Shown in pieces: positions 12,159-23,230 of a stretch of DNA of 39,509 bases. The DNA is taken from NCBI GenBank assembly GCA_051453625.1, contig JBOZIK010000001.1, positions 6,655,949 through 6,695,457 on the forward strand. Reading direction: 5' to 3'. Positions within the stretch are counted from its first letter, which is position 1. Every line of letters starts with the position of its first letter. The translations under genes were made by a program, and so were the position numbers. Under the pieces are notes generated by a model that did no database searches, was not told the origin of the DNA, and worked only from the letters and a program-made list of their open reading frames with translations. This stretch comes from Welwitschia mirabilis (taxonomy: Eukaryota).

Positions 12159-13490
12159 AATTTTGAAACACCTTTAACTATTCCCTTTGAAGAAATGATA
12201 TTCAAATCTTTGAGATTCATATGACCTAGTCATTTACGCCATAGATTAATATCTTCATGATTGACAACATAGGAAATATTGCTTTCTTCATTGCCTATGA
12301 CATACATGCATTTAGATTAGGTACTAGTAAGAACAACATTGTTGATCAAGGCATTTCTGATGATACATTTATCTTGACAAAATGAGACTATGTTTATCAC
12401 AGATTTGGGATATACTCGGAAGATTATGCTTTAAACCATTCACAAGGTAGACATCATTTATAGTAGGATGGTATTGATTAGCTACTATAATTCCTTTTCC
12501 CACTATATGACCTTTGCCATTATCACCAAACATGACTTCATCTTCATCATAATCTTGAATCAAAGTAAACAAATTCCTATTTCTTGTCATATGATGAGAA
12601 TGCCCACTATCTAAATACCATTTAGTCTTGTCTTGGGCTTTAAAAGTAGCATGGGGCAAAGAGAGAAGCTATAGAGTTTTTCTTAACCCATTGAAAGTTA
12701 AAGTTTCTCTTACTTTGTTGTTGGATGAAAAAACTTTTCTTTCCAACTCTAGCATTGTTATTATACCCAAAGTACAACACTTTCCTATAAGGACAAACAA
12801 ATTGCATGTGACTAGATCTATTACAAAAATAGCACTTCAGATTGACCTCATCAAATGAGTGGTAGTTTGTACTAGGACCAATTGTTGACATGTTGGGGTG
12901 TTATTGAAAGAAGGACCGATTCCAGTTTTATCAGAAGAAGTTCTACTTACTTGTAGTAATTTATTAAGATTTTCCCTTTCTTGGACTAATAGATTTGCAA
13001 TATTTTAGCGTCTTCTAGTTCTTCGGTTAATATATCAATTCTATTCCTAGATTCATTTAATTTAAAGTCTAGGTCTTCTACTTGTTTCTTAAGAACAGTG
13101 TTTCTCTTACTGTAAGCTCCAATGATGTTATATATTTTTTCATAAATGTCTAGTAATTCATCATAATCAAAATCTAAATTGACACAGTCGTGGTATTCGG
13201 AAGAGATTCCTCTATCTGCATCATGTACATTAGAAGCTAAGAATCCAAACTGAGTTACGTCACTTATCTTATCTTCAGCCACATTATTTCTAGAGTCTGA
13301 CATAAGTTGCTCATTAGAAACCAACTTTGGGAGAGGCTTACGATCTCTTAAACCATCTACTTGATTTCAGAATTGAGGGAATTCACGAAGAGTCCCATTT
13401 TGCTTGTTCCAGCATAGAATATGGATTTCAAGGATGCCATATGATCTGTGCCTGAAATAAATTAGATAAGAATAGATCTAGAGCATCGAG
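12159..13490 (-). mobile_element. Internally deleted Ty1/copia (SIRE-like) fragment: gag tail, protease, GAG-pre-integrase
   Basis: Coiled-coil ORF 12986-13324, CYFCNRSSHMQFVC, WYLDSGHSHHMT...FGDNGKG...GLKHNL.SISQICDK, and LGHMNLKDL. Confidence 0.88.
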
Positions 13491-13502
13491 GCTCTGATAC
13501 TA
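13491..13502 (-). promoter_or_regulatory. Primer binding site (tRNA-iMet, 1 mismatch)
   Basis: Plus GCTCTGATACTA, 2 nt from the LTR terminus TG at 13505. Confidence 0.8.
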
Positions 13503-13504
13503 AT

Positions 13505-14430
13505 TGTTAGGATCAGTTGGTACCTAGAGGAGGAGTGAATAGCATGTATTTAAAATTGATTGCACTCAAAAGAAATTTCTAATTGATTAAAATTTCTTAA
13601 GTTGTATTTGTTCTAAGTTAATGATGAAATGTAAATGATCATAATTAATTGCAAAAATTAGAATAGATAGGTAGACAAATAGACAAAACGCATCAAAGGT
13701 TTATTGTGGTCTAGCAATCCCTACTTACTCCACTCTTAGGGGCAACAACATGCTCTTAGCCTCCAAATTCCTTTAACTATCCAAATTGTAGAACAAAACC
13801 ACCCTTTTACAAGGAATTTATAGATGCATCACTAGCGCTCTCAAGTGTAGTTCTCTATAGTTCAAGGGAAAGATCTTTCTCAAAAGCTTTCCCCTTAATA
13901 CAATCAACTCTTACAAAAGATGTCACAATCCAATGCAAAATTCTCCTAAAGAAAACAAGTCAAATAGGACCAAAAACAAGAGATATCAATCAGAATACTG
14001 TAGAGTTGAGAGTATTCTATTTTTGTTCAATCACAGTTCATCACTCATGAACTCTAATACAATTCAATATTCATAGATTAACCAGAGATAGTGGTTAGAC
14101 ACCTTTTTTGCACCTTCATACTGGAGTTCTGTGCAACAAAGGCCTTTCTTGGCCATTTATTCTTTGGAAAATGCAAATTTGAAGTATAACCGTTATTCTT
14201 CAATGTCTTCTTGCCCAGACATCCCATATTGCAATCTCGGACGTCCCGAATTTTATTCAAAATAAACTGTTGACAGGGTCAGACGTCCTAGTTTGATGGG
14301 TCGGATGTCCCCATACAAAAGGTTTGGATGTCCTTGCAAAGGAGCTCGGACATCACAATACATTTTTCAGTAAATTTCTACTAAAAGGTTCAGGTGTTCC
14401 AAACTTAAATATTACACTTCTCCATGTTAA
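13505..14430 (-). mobile_element. SIRE-like 5' LTR (outer boundary approximate)
   Basis: TGTTAG start, CCTAGAGGAGGAGTGAATAG motif, TTTAT.GTGGT...CTTACTCCACT shared with the 18028 LTR, and a GGACGTCC-type motif array at 14215-14355. Confidence 0.72.
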
Positions 14431-15395
14431 ATTACTTTTCTTCTAATAGATTTGGTGGTCTTGTTTGAATCCTCCAGACTTCCCAACTTGTTCTCAGTCT
14501 CTTTATATTGCTTCTTGTCCACTTCATTCTTGATAGCAGATGTCTTGTTCATTAGTGAACTAATCTTTAATACTCATCGTTGAAATCAAAATTTTCTATT
14601 TCTTAATGGTCTCCTCTTCTGATGGGGTTAGGAGATCTCTTGGTAAACCATACCCCTAACTAGCTTGGTAGGAGAGAGTTGGATGTTGTATTCTTGTAGC
14701 TTAGAAATTCACTTTGCGCTTCTTAGGTTGGCGTCTCTTTCCTCTAATAGGGATTTTACAGCTAGCTTTGTGACTACACCCCAGACTTTAGCCTGCAGGA
14801 TAAAATGGGGGAAGTTCTTTAGGGCCTTGATAAGGGCGAAGCCTTGCTTCTCTAGGTAATGGTAAGACAAATTTCCATCTTTGAATCATTCGCTCATAAA
14901 GAAGATTGGGCATTTACCATGCCCATCCTCTAGCTCTTTTATCTTCTGCATAAGAACAGGGGCTGTTGTAGTGTCAAAAGCATAGACGTAGATGAAGAAC
15001 TTCGAAAAGCTTGAACTGACCAATCATGGGGAAGCAGCTACTGCCTTTTTGATGAACTTGAATGCTTTCTTCCCATTAGGTGACCAAATGAATGGGGCAC
15101 TTTTCTTTAGTAGAAGCCTGATGGGGGCCACTATCTTAGTGAATCCAGGGATGAATCTTCTTAAAAAATTAATCTTTCTTAAGAAAGACCGTAACTCCTT
15201 AAGGGATCGAGGGAGAGGTATCTTATATATAATTTCATCTCTCTCTGGGTCCACTTCAATTCCTTGGTCGAAAATGAGATAGCCAAGTAGCTTGCCCGAG
15301 GAAACCACAATAATACTTCTCTTAAAGTTAAGAGAGACTCCATGTTCTCTGCAATGCATAAACATTGCCCTTAGGTCTACTCTGTGGTCTATCAT

Positions 15396-15729
15396 TTGTT
15401 AGAATAGTCATTGATGTCATCTAGATACAACACCACACAATTCCCAATCAACCTTGCTAGCATGTGTTCCATAGCTCTCTGAAAAGTGGCGTTGGCATTG
15501 ATCAGTCCAAAAGACATCCTTTTATAGCCATACGTCCCCCACTTAGTGGTGAACACTGTCTTGTTAGAACAGACATTGATGTCATCTAGATAAACCACCA
15601 CACAGTTCCCAATTAACCCTACCAACGTGTGTTCCATAGCTCTCTAAAAAGTGGCCCCAATATTGATCAGTCTAAACGACATCCTTTTGTAGCCATACGT
15701 CCCCCACTTGAGTGGTGAGCGCTGTCTTG
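15396..15729 (-). repeat. Tandem duplication (period 165 bp) of the RT catalytic segment
   Basis: TTGATGTCATCTAGATA occurs at 15411 and 15576, and two diverged copies of KT.FTTKWGTYGYKRMSFGLIN..ATF.RAME...YLDDIN are present. Confidence 0.93.
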
Positions 15730-16569
15730 ATTTAGTTAGAAGTAGTCACTTAGATTTGATTGTATCTAGAGAAACCATAGAAAAAAGGAACATCTTTGCT
15801 CTGAATAGCTTCTCTAAGATCCCATCAACAGTGAGAGTGGAATAGTTCTCTTTTACTAATGCCTGATTTAGGTTCCTGAAGTCCACACATAGATAGATCT
15901 CCCCACTCTTCTTCTTGACTAGAACTAGATTGGCCACTGAGGTGGTGTGCCTGACTGGATAGATAATGTCTAACTATAGTGGTTTGTCAACCTCTTTCCT
16001 GATCAAGGTTTCTAGAACAAAATTAACTCTCCTTTGCCTCCGTTAAAAGGGCTTAATGTTCTCCTTGAGTGGAATGGTGTGAGTGAGAATTTCTAGGTTG
16101 AATCCCTTAAAGTCTTCATAGGACCAAGTGAAAATGTTCTTGAACTATTGACAAAGGGAAAAAAACTGCATTCTTTCTTGGGTAAAATAGACTCCCTTAT
16201 TTTGACCATTTGGGGTTTCAGAGGAGAACCAAGATTCACCTCTTCCACCTCTTTGTTTGTGAATTTCTTGGTAAAAGGGAGATCTAATTCTGCATCAAAG
16301 AACTTCTCAAGTTAAGTAAATCTAATCAGAATTCCATTAGTTTGTAGCTATAAAATGCCATCTTTTGTGAAGTGGCTATCTTTCTCTGTATCCTCTTCCT
16401 CATCTACGGTCTACTTCTCAAATTCTTCTTCGCTTTGTAGGGATCTCAGGATGTGTCATCTTCTTTAAAGACTTAGAAATCTTTGATGTTATTACGAACT
16501 GATATCTTAGAAAGGAGGATGATCTAGAGTCCTTGAACAATTGGGTCATCCATTAGGGCTCCTATCGGC

Positions 16570-16945
16570 GGAAGCAATGACCTTATCTACTAGGGAAATC
16601 TACGCCTTGGGGATCTGGGAAAGAGACCATTCTCTGAACTGTCCTAGGAGATCTACGACTCTGCCTTTGTACGCCTTTAACATAGGATTATGGATGTGGT
16701 ACTCCTCTTTGATCTACTTACTGACTACATGTGAATCTCCAAAAATGTGGGCTTCTTGATCTTGCTCTGGAGAGCCTTCTTGAGAGTTTGTATGAGGGAT
16801 TCATCGTTCGTGGCATTGTTAGATGCGATGAATCCTAGCCTAAAAGCTCTTAGCAAAGACTGTCCAGGTGGTGATTAGAGTAGTATCCCTACTCCTTGTC
16901 CCTCGGCATTGGTGGCTCCATCAAGGAACATAGACCAGGTTTCGT
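16570..16945 (-). pseudogene. Additional (archaeal-type, RVT_3-like) RNase H domain of the Tat element
   Basis: Manual translation WSMFLDGATNAEGQGVGILL*SPPG...RLGFIASNNATNDESLI, then after a frameshift HIFGDSHVVSK*IKEEY. This matches the W..FDG / NN.AEYEAL / GDS.LV pattern. Confidence 0.88.
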
Positions 16946-17019
16946 TGGGAGAGGCATTAGGAAGGTTCTCTTATACTTGAGCTTCTAGGGACTCTTTGAT
17001 ATCATAGAAGTATGTCTCC

Positions 17020-17160
17020 AATCCTGAGTCTTACATAGGTTCTTCTGGGTTGGTCCTCACACTGCCATGAGCTGTCACATTGTACTCCCTAATCCTGAGT
17101 CTCAGATAGGTTCTTCAGGGTTGATCCTCTTGGTGTTGTGGGCTATCACATTATACTTTA
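17020..17160. repeat. Two-copy tandem repeat (period about 71 bp) in the protease-aRH linker
   Basis: AATCCTGAGTCT....ATAGGTTCTTC.GGGTTG.TCCTC...GCT.TCACATT.TACT occurs at 17020 and 17091. Confidence 0.85.
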
Positions 17161-18027
17161 GGTAAGGTACACTCTCTATCCGAATCTAGTTCAGAATGCC
17201 CTTTGAAGGCAACCACATGTGAGAATAATCAAAAAAGATATAGGCATTGATGGAAGCTACCTAGCTCCGACAAAGAAAGGCTTCATAAATCGTAGGGATG
17301 TTCATAATGTAGAAGTCTGTCACACTCATAAACCTTAGATCAGTAGATAGCTGAACCTTGACACCTTTCAAGATGCGTTGACTTTGACATTGGTTCTATC
17401 TATTTAGACCATGGTTTTACTACATTCTTCTGGAGTGAGGTCAAACTACTTAACTATTTCAGAGGGGAGGATATTCGCTAAGGCTCCTGAGTCTATAAGT
17501 CAATCATGAATGTTCTTGCCAAACACCCACACTATAACAAGGAAGGGAGGTACCTTCTTTTTGGCAGTGAAAATGGTAGCCTTAGCCTCTAATTCAACAA
17601 CGTTTGTCTTTGGAGGGGAATCTTCTAATCATGAAGCATCTATCGTCATGCAAGCCCAGGTCAGTTTGCTCCTTTTCTCTTTGCTCATCTGTAAAACTTT
17701 GAAGATAAATAGGCTGATCTTATACTTCTTTAGGTTTTCAACTACATCATATGGAGATGCAAGCTTCTTCTTCTCTTCTTCAGTTGTCTTAGTAGGGAAT
17801 TTTGTTAAAGTGGGCAATTGGTACCTTTCATCTGTGTGGNNNNNNNNNNCAGAGAACGATTAAAGCATCTTGGTTAGGTGGCATTGGATTCCTGTTGGGA
17901 GTGATAGAAGTAGTGGCAGTGTTCGTTCCTTCCCTTCGATCTTTTCTCCTTATTTTCAGTCGAATTGGTTCTGCGTTCAAGGGCCTCTCTGTTAGCAGCC
18001 ACAACCTTTCTAGGGTAAATGGATGTC

Positions 18028-19326
18028 TGTGAAAAACCCTAGAGGGGGGTGAATAGGATCGACAATTTATGTAAATAAAATTTTCTGTCCTTACGTGAAC
18101 AATCTACTTTGTGTGTAAAGATTAATAATAGTGAACAAAGTAATGCAAAGAAGAATAAGATTAGCACACAAGAAATTTATAGTGGTTCGACAATGAGCTT
18201 ACTCCACTGTTCAGAGAGAATACAATGCTGTGTCTTCCCTAGTTCCCTTTAATCTCCTTAAACTGATGATTTTCTGGTTAATCATCAACCCTTTTAAAAT
18301 GATGATTTCAGGCTAATCATCAACCCTTTGCAACAGTGAGCCTTTCCTTGGCTTAGATTGAACCACATCAAAAGCTTCAAACAAGCCAATGATGCCTTGA
18401 GCACTGATATCATAATTTGATTATAGCAGAGAAAATAACAAGTTTTATATTCAAGAGAGAAGAACAAACATAATGTAAGTTTTTCTCAAGGAGGTTAAGC
18501 CTTCTAAGAACTGGCTTCTTTTCTTTCATAGAGCACACAAGCAAAGTAGCTATTGAGATTACATTCCCAAGATCCTTAAAGATAATATCACCTATTTGGC
18601 TATCAAGGAGAGTCAAGATCATTGGAAAGACACCCATCACGATAGCCTCGAAGTTTGCACTTGATTCAACATTTAGAAGCCATGAGATTTCCATCATAAA
18701 CTAGCCATTGTGTAATAGTCCAGAAGTGGGGACGTCTGTCCTAACTGAGTCATGACATCTACACTAAAGAGATGTGATTTTGTGCAAAAATCTTCACTTT
18801 TAGGGATGGGGACCTCCGCACTAAAAGGATGGGGATGTCCGCACTAAAACAGTGGGGACATTGGCACTAAAAGAACTATTCTATGTGGAAGTCTTCATTT
18901 TCAGGAGTGGGGCCATCCACACCTATCAAAAGTACAATCCCTCATACAAGATGGCTGAGGAAGGGGGAACGTTTAAGCTCTCTAAGTGGGGATGTCCGCA
19001 TCTATTAACACTACAAATGGCCATACAAATCAATAGCGAAGATTGGGGACATCCAGGCTACTTGAGTGGGAATGTCTGCACCTGTTAACAGGTCAAACTC
19101 CCATACAAATGGACTGTGAAGAGTGGGAACATCCGAGCCTTTTGAATGGGGACATCCGGGGTCCTATTATAGCTTAAAGTATAAAACATAAGGCAAGGGT
19201 GTCCACCATTAAAATGAAGGCTGACCAAACAAAAGTTTACCAATGTCAGATCATCCACTACCTAGTCTTCAAAGGGTGGTGATCATAATTTACATCCACA
19301 CATCGTAAATGTGCCAACTTATCACA
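18028..19326 (-). mobile_element. SIRE-like solo LTR nested in the Tat element
   Basis: TG...CA termini, CCCTAGAGGGGGGTGAATAGG motif, and a GGGACATCC/GGGACGTC array at 18725-19160. Flanked by ATGTC (18023-18027) and TTGTC (19327-19331). No PBS or PPT. Confidence 0.8.
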
Positions 19327-21210
19327 TTGTCATCATTGAAACTATACTTCCCATAGTCTGGAGGGTTGAGATGTCCTCCGTGAGGTGTACTAGGGCGTTT
19401 TCACTTTGGCGGGAACAGATGTCACATTCACTTCTCTTAGGGAGTCTGTGATATCAAAATAGTATGTCCTATCTAGTTAAGAAGTGGAGGCTTGAGAAGC
19501 TTTCATGATCTTCTACATTCAAAGATAATCTTTGCAACTTTCTGTAGGGTGATTGGCTGTCTGATGGAAAGGGCAAAAATCATGAAGCGATGAAACATTG
19601 AAATCGTCTTTTAAAGGTTGAGTGCATAGCTGTTTCAGGTTACGTGTAGCATTAAGGAGCCACTTCCCTCTTGATTTTTCCTCTCTTTCTTGACCTCTTT
19701 TCTACTAAGAGATTTTAAGCTACTCCATATCCTGTGTCATCTTTCTTAGCGTTCTACCAAGAGCTTCTATTTCTTCACCTACTTCCGAACTACAAGAGGC
19801 TCTTGTATGAGTAGAAAGTGTACATGGAGGTAACAGAATTGGATTGGGAGGTGGGTTTGAAGAAGGAGTCTACGATGAAGCAGAAGCAGTAAGGAGAGGA
19901 AGAGAAGGCAAAACAAAATATGGCGTCATAGAAGTGGTGGGGCTTTGTAGTTGGGGTAGCTGAAGTGACTGAGGATCCGCAGGATTAAAAGTAGTTGTAA
20001 CAGGAAGCAATGTAATGTTTGGGGGTGGTGGAATGACAGGGTTTAGATGAACCAGGTTTGGATGACCATATAGGGTAATGGGTATAAGACTCTCCAGGTG
20101 GATTGTCTCGCTCATAAGTTCCTAGAGGCTATTTAAATAGGACCTTTGCTCCAAGAAAAATCGAGTTGTTCCATCTAAAGCAGATTTGTAGACTACCATA
20201 ACCTGGAAGGTTGGTGGCTTGTACTGAGCTGGCAGTTTGTCATAGATGATCTGAAAACAATTGTTGAACGCTCGAACTGTCTCCATGTGCTCTTTCTTGA
20301 TGGTTCCAAAATACTGGTATAGGGTCTCCAGATCTATTTGCTCCCTAAATTGTTAGAGGAATGGTTGAATGAGTTCGTTCCACGAGCTAATGGAATTGGA
20401 GGGTAGACGAAGATACCAAATGTATGCTTCTTCTCTGAGATAGAGGAGAAACAGCTTAAAAGTGACATCCTCATGCTGAACACTTGGGAAATGCAAGCCT
20501 CTGGTGAAGGTGATAATGTGTTCTCCTGGGGCAACAGAAGAATGAGGGCTGTAGGCTAGGAGGAACTTGTCATGTTTTAGAAGTACGAAATGGTGATCAA
20601 GAAAATTAGGAGGGCTATTACCTATGTAGTGTGGCGGGTTGGCCATAGGAACAGGTTGAATACTAGGTGGGTTAGGGGTCAAAGGTTGTGGAGAATTCGT
20701 GACTAGGGATGGGGGCGAGAAAGGAAAAAACTCATAGGAAGAACTATCAGATGAAGAGGAACTCTGTGAGAATAGGGAAGACTGAAGGGGTTCTTCAGCC
20801 TCTCTCTCGTTGAATTGTCACTGAGCTCTGGAACGTGTGTCATACTGGCGAGCCCAGGTAGTGATTCATGGCCCTCTTTCTAGTGTCAGGGGGGACGTCT
20901 TAGTGTAAATTCCCTTCTCTAGGCTTGGAAAGGACAACAACATCTATTTCCCAGGGTGAGGTCCTAGACTTATTTTAGAGGGCGATTAAAAATTAGTTAC
21001 CTGATATGATTTCCCTTAGGGCATAGAGTAACCAAGGAATAGGGTTAGAGCATGGGGTAGGCCTATTAGGTAAAATCTCATAGGTACTAAGGTGGTTAAA
21101 CGAGATGAAGAGAGGAAAAATGGTAAGAAATAAATGGAGAGTGTATGGAACAGACCTAGGGTTTGGGATTAGAGGTTCCCATCGGATTTCCTCCCAAGGC
21201 GGTAACTAAG

Positions 21211-21900
21211 TGGGCGCAGTTATTGAAATGGGGAATAAGGAAGGGTACATCAAAAGATTGTTTTTCCTCAATTGAAGATAAAAGCGGGTATCTTTTCCTC
21301 TCACAACGAAGGTTACTTGAGTAAAGGTCTTCTGTATTCTCTATTGTGCTTACAAATGGTAAGTAATAAAGTAGTGAGAAAAGAAAAGAACATTTTTGTT
21401 AATAACTCTTTGAAAAAACTTCACTCCCTTTGAAATGGAGAGGAGAGGGGTATAAATAAGCCTCTCCCAGACAAGAAGAAGCGAGGACAGTTAAATGATG
21501 GAAGCAAAGAAGTAGAAACGATGAATTAGAAAGCTTAACAAAAGTATTGAAATCGCCAAAGGTGCGTAGTTGATGATAGCTCCTTCTGTTGTGTTCATAA
21601 GTCTTTCTTGTAAGAAGGATGAAATCATTAGCTAGCCGAGAGTCAGGAAGAGAGGTGAAGGTGAGATCACTACTTGGTATATGTGAAAGGGAGGCTTCCA
21701 GTGTTACAATGCTAGAGGATCAGAGGAAAATTGAGAGAAAACATAAAGAAGGTCTCCCAGATGCAGAGACCTAGAAGTGGGACAAAAAGGGAAAGACTAC
21801 CTCTTAGATGAGAGGCAGGAAGAGGGAGTGACGTGAAAGAATGGTAAGTGAATAGGATGATGAAGAAAAGGAGTCTGGATAGCATCTCCTTGTTATCTAG
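21211..21900 (-). mobile_element. Probable degenerate PBS and 5' LTR of the Tat element (outer boundary uncertain)
   Basis: Plus TGGGCGCA at 21211-21218 resembles the TGGCGCCCA-type PBS with one base lost. It lies upstream of gag and is followed by non-coding sequence with a TATA-like box near 21450. Confidence 0.45.
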
Positions 21901-22339
21901 TTGTCCACATCATCCTTGAGCTAACTATGATTCCATGATTAAAGTATTGCTTGGAAGCCCAATAAAATGTTTGTATACAAGTTGGCAGATGGTAGGTGGG
22001 TCCTTGATGATACCACAAAGGATTACTAAATTAGAACAAGGGTTACTTCATGGGGCATTAGGCTAGTACTCACCCTATGTAATGTCACAGGCAAGCTTGC
22101 TTGAACCTGGTGCCTGTAAGGATCTGATGCAACCTTAGGACTCCTTTGGAGTTGATTGTGAACGACATGATGATACCTTCAGTGGAGAAAGCTGCACAGA
22201 GAGCTGAGGAATGACACTCCCGTTTGAAGGAGTACACCTTTGGGGATGAAACAACCCGAAAAGGATACTGACTGAGAAATGCTAGAAGAGGAAACTGAGA
22301 AACTAGATTCTGTGGGGAATTGGGATGAGAGATTGGAAG

Positions 22340-23230
22340 ATGGAGGAAGGTTTGGGCATGCCTTGGGCGTGGAATCTAGTGAAGAGTGTAGGAAGGGAAA
22401 GAGAGAGAGGGAGAAAAGGGAAAGAGAGAGAGGAAAGGGAGAGGGAGAGAGGGAGGGAAACAGAGGGAAAGGAAAATGAAGGAGGGAAATGGAAAGGGGA
22501 AAAAAGGGAAGAGAGGAAGAGGGAAAGAAGGGGGGAATGAGGAGGTCTCTAAGGTTTTGGGGTTCTGAACTAACCTAGCATTTGTTGTTAAAGATCCATG
22601 CTCAAGGCTCAGACTATTTGAAGCCATCATCTGATTGTTGTTCGCTATGAGCCATGTAAGGCTAGAAGCTACGTGGTTGGAGTTGAAGAAAGGGACCTAG
22701 AGTTAGGGGCTTCATGCTTGAGGCATAGTATTGGGAGTGAAGGAAAAATGAGCAAAGGGGGTAAATAGGATGAAAAGGGGTAAAAGGGAAGGGTAGAGGG
22801 GAAGAAATAACGGGGAAAGGGAGAAAATGGGGTTAAGGGGCAATCTTGGATGGTGGAAGTGGTCAGGAGATGTCTTCTTGTAGGATGAGAAGGCCGAAGA
22901 CTGAGACTGAAGGCAGAGCTTAAAACTGAAGAACGTGGAAGTGGTGTTGAATTCTGTATTCGATCCCTAGAGCCGAGCTAGAGACCAGAGTCAAACGGAG
23001 AAGAAAGGCTGAAAAGGCTGGGTTGAATTCCGTGCCTTGGGCATGGAATCTAGCTAGTTGAGGAAAAAGGGAAAAGGGAGGAGAGAAGGAGAAGAAAAGG
23101 GGAAAGAGAAATGAGGTGGGGGAAATAGAGAAAAGGAGAAGAAATAAGGAAAAAAAAGGGGGAGATGAGGTAGGATGGGAGGCTTGGTGGAAAAGAAGGC
23201 TGAGCAAAATTGAAAAAGGGGTCCTGAGCA
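22340..23230. repeat. Two related purine-rich (GA) low-complexity blocks, probably LTR-derived
   Basis: TGCCTTGGGC.TGGAATCTAG precedes about 150 bp of almost pure purine at both about 22358 and about 23033. A third GA tract lies at 22740-22840. Confidence 0.65.

Larger units (their letters stand above)
14580..21210 (-). mobile_element. Degenerate Ty3/gypsy Tat-clade internal region: gag, protease, additional RNase H, RT, RNase H; integrase not seen
   Basis: gag FKLFLLYLREEAYIWYLRLPSNSISSWNEL (about 20460-20370); CPFHQTANHPTESC knuckle (about 19575-19535); protease LIDSGALANILP (about 17500); aRH (16570-16945); RT IFTWSYEDF, VANLVLVKKKSGE..LCVDFRNLN, YLDD; RH LEKQGFALIKALKNF...LQEYNI. Confidence 0.92.

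Noticed and set aside
18725-19160. Regularly spaced GGGACATCC motifs as a CRISPR or iteron array
   Set aside because: The motifs are short, degenerate and irregularly spaced, and they lie inside a TG...CA LTR.
19915-19940. Minus-strand FYDA as the missing SAWADEE exon
   Set aside because: Falls in an alternative frame of the gypsy gag proline-rich linker, with no splice sites or SAWADEE context.
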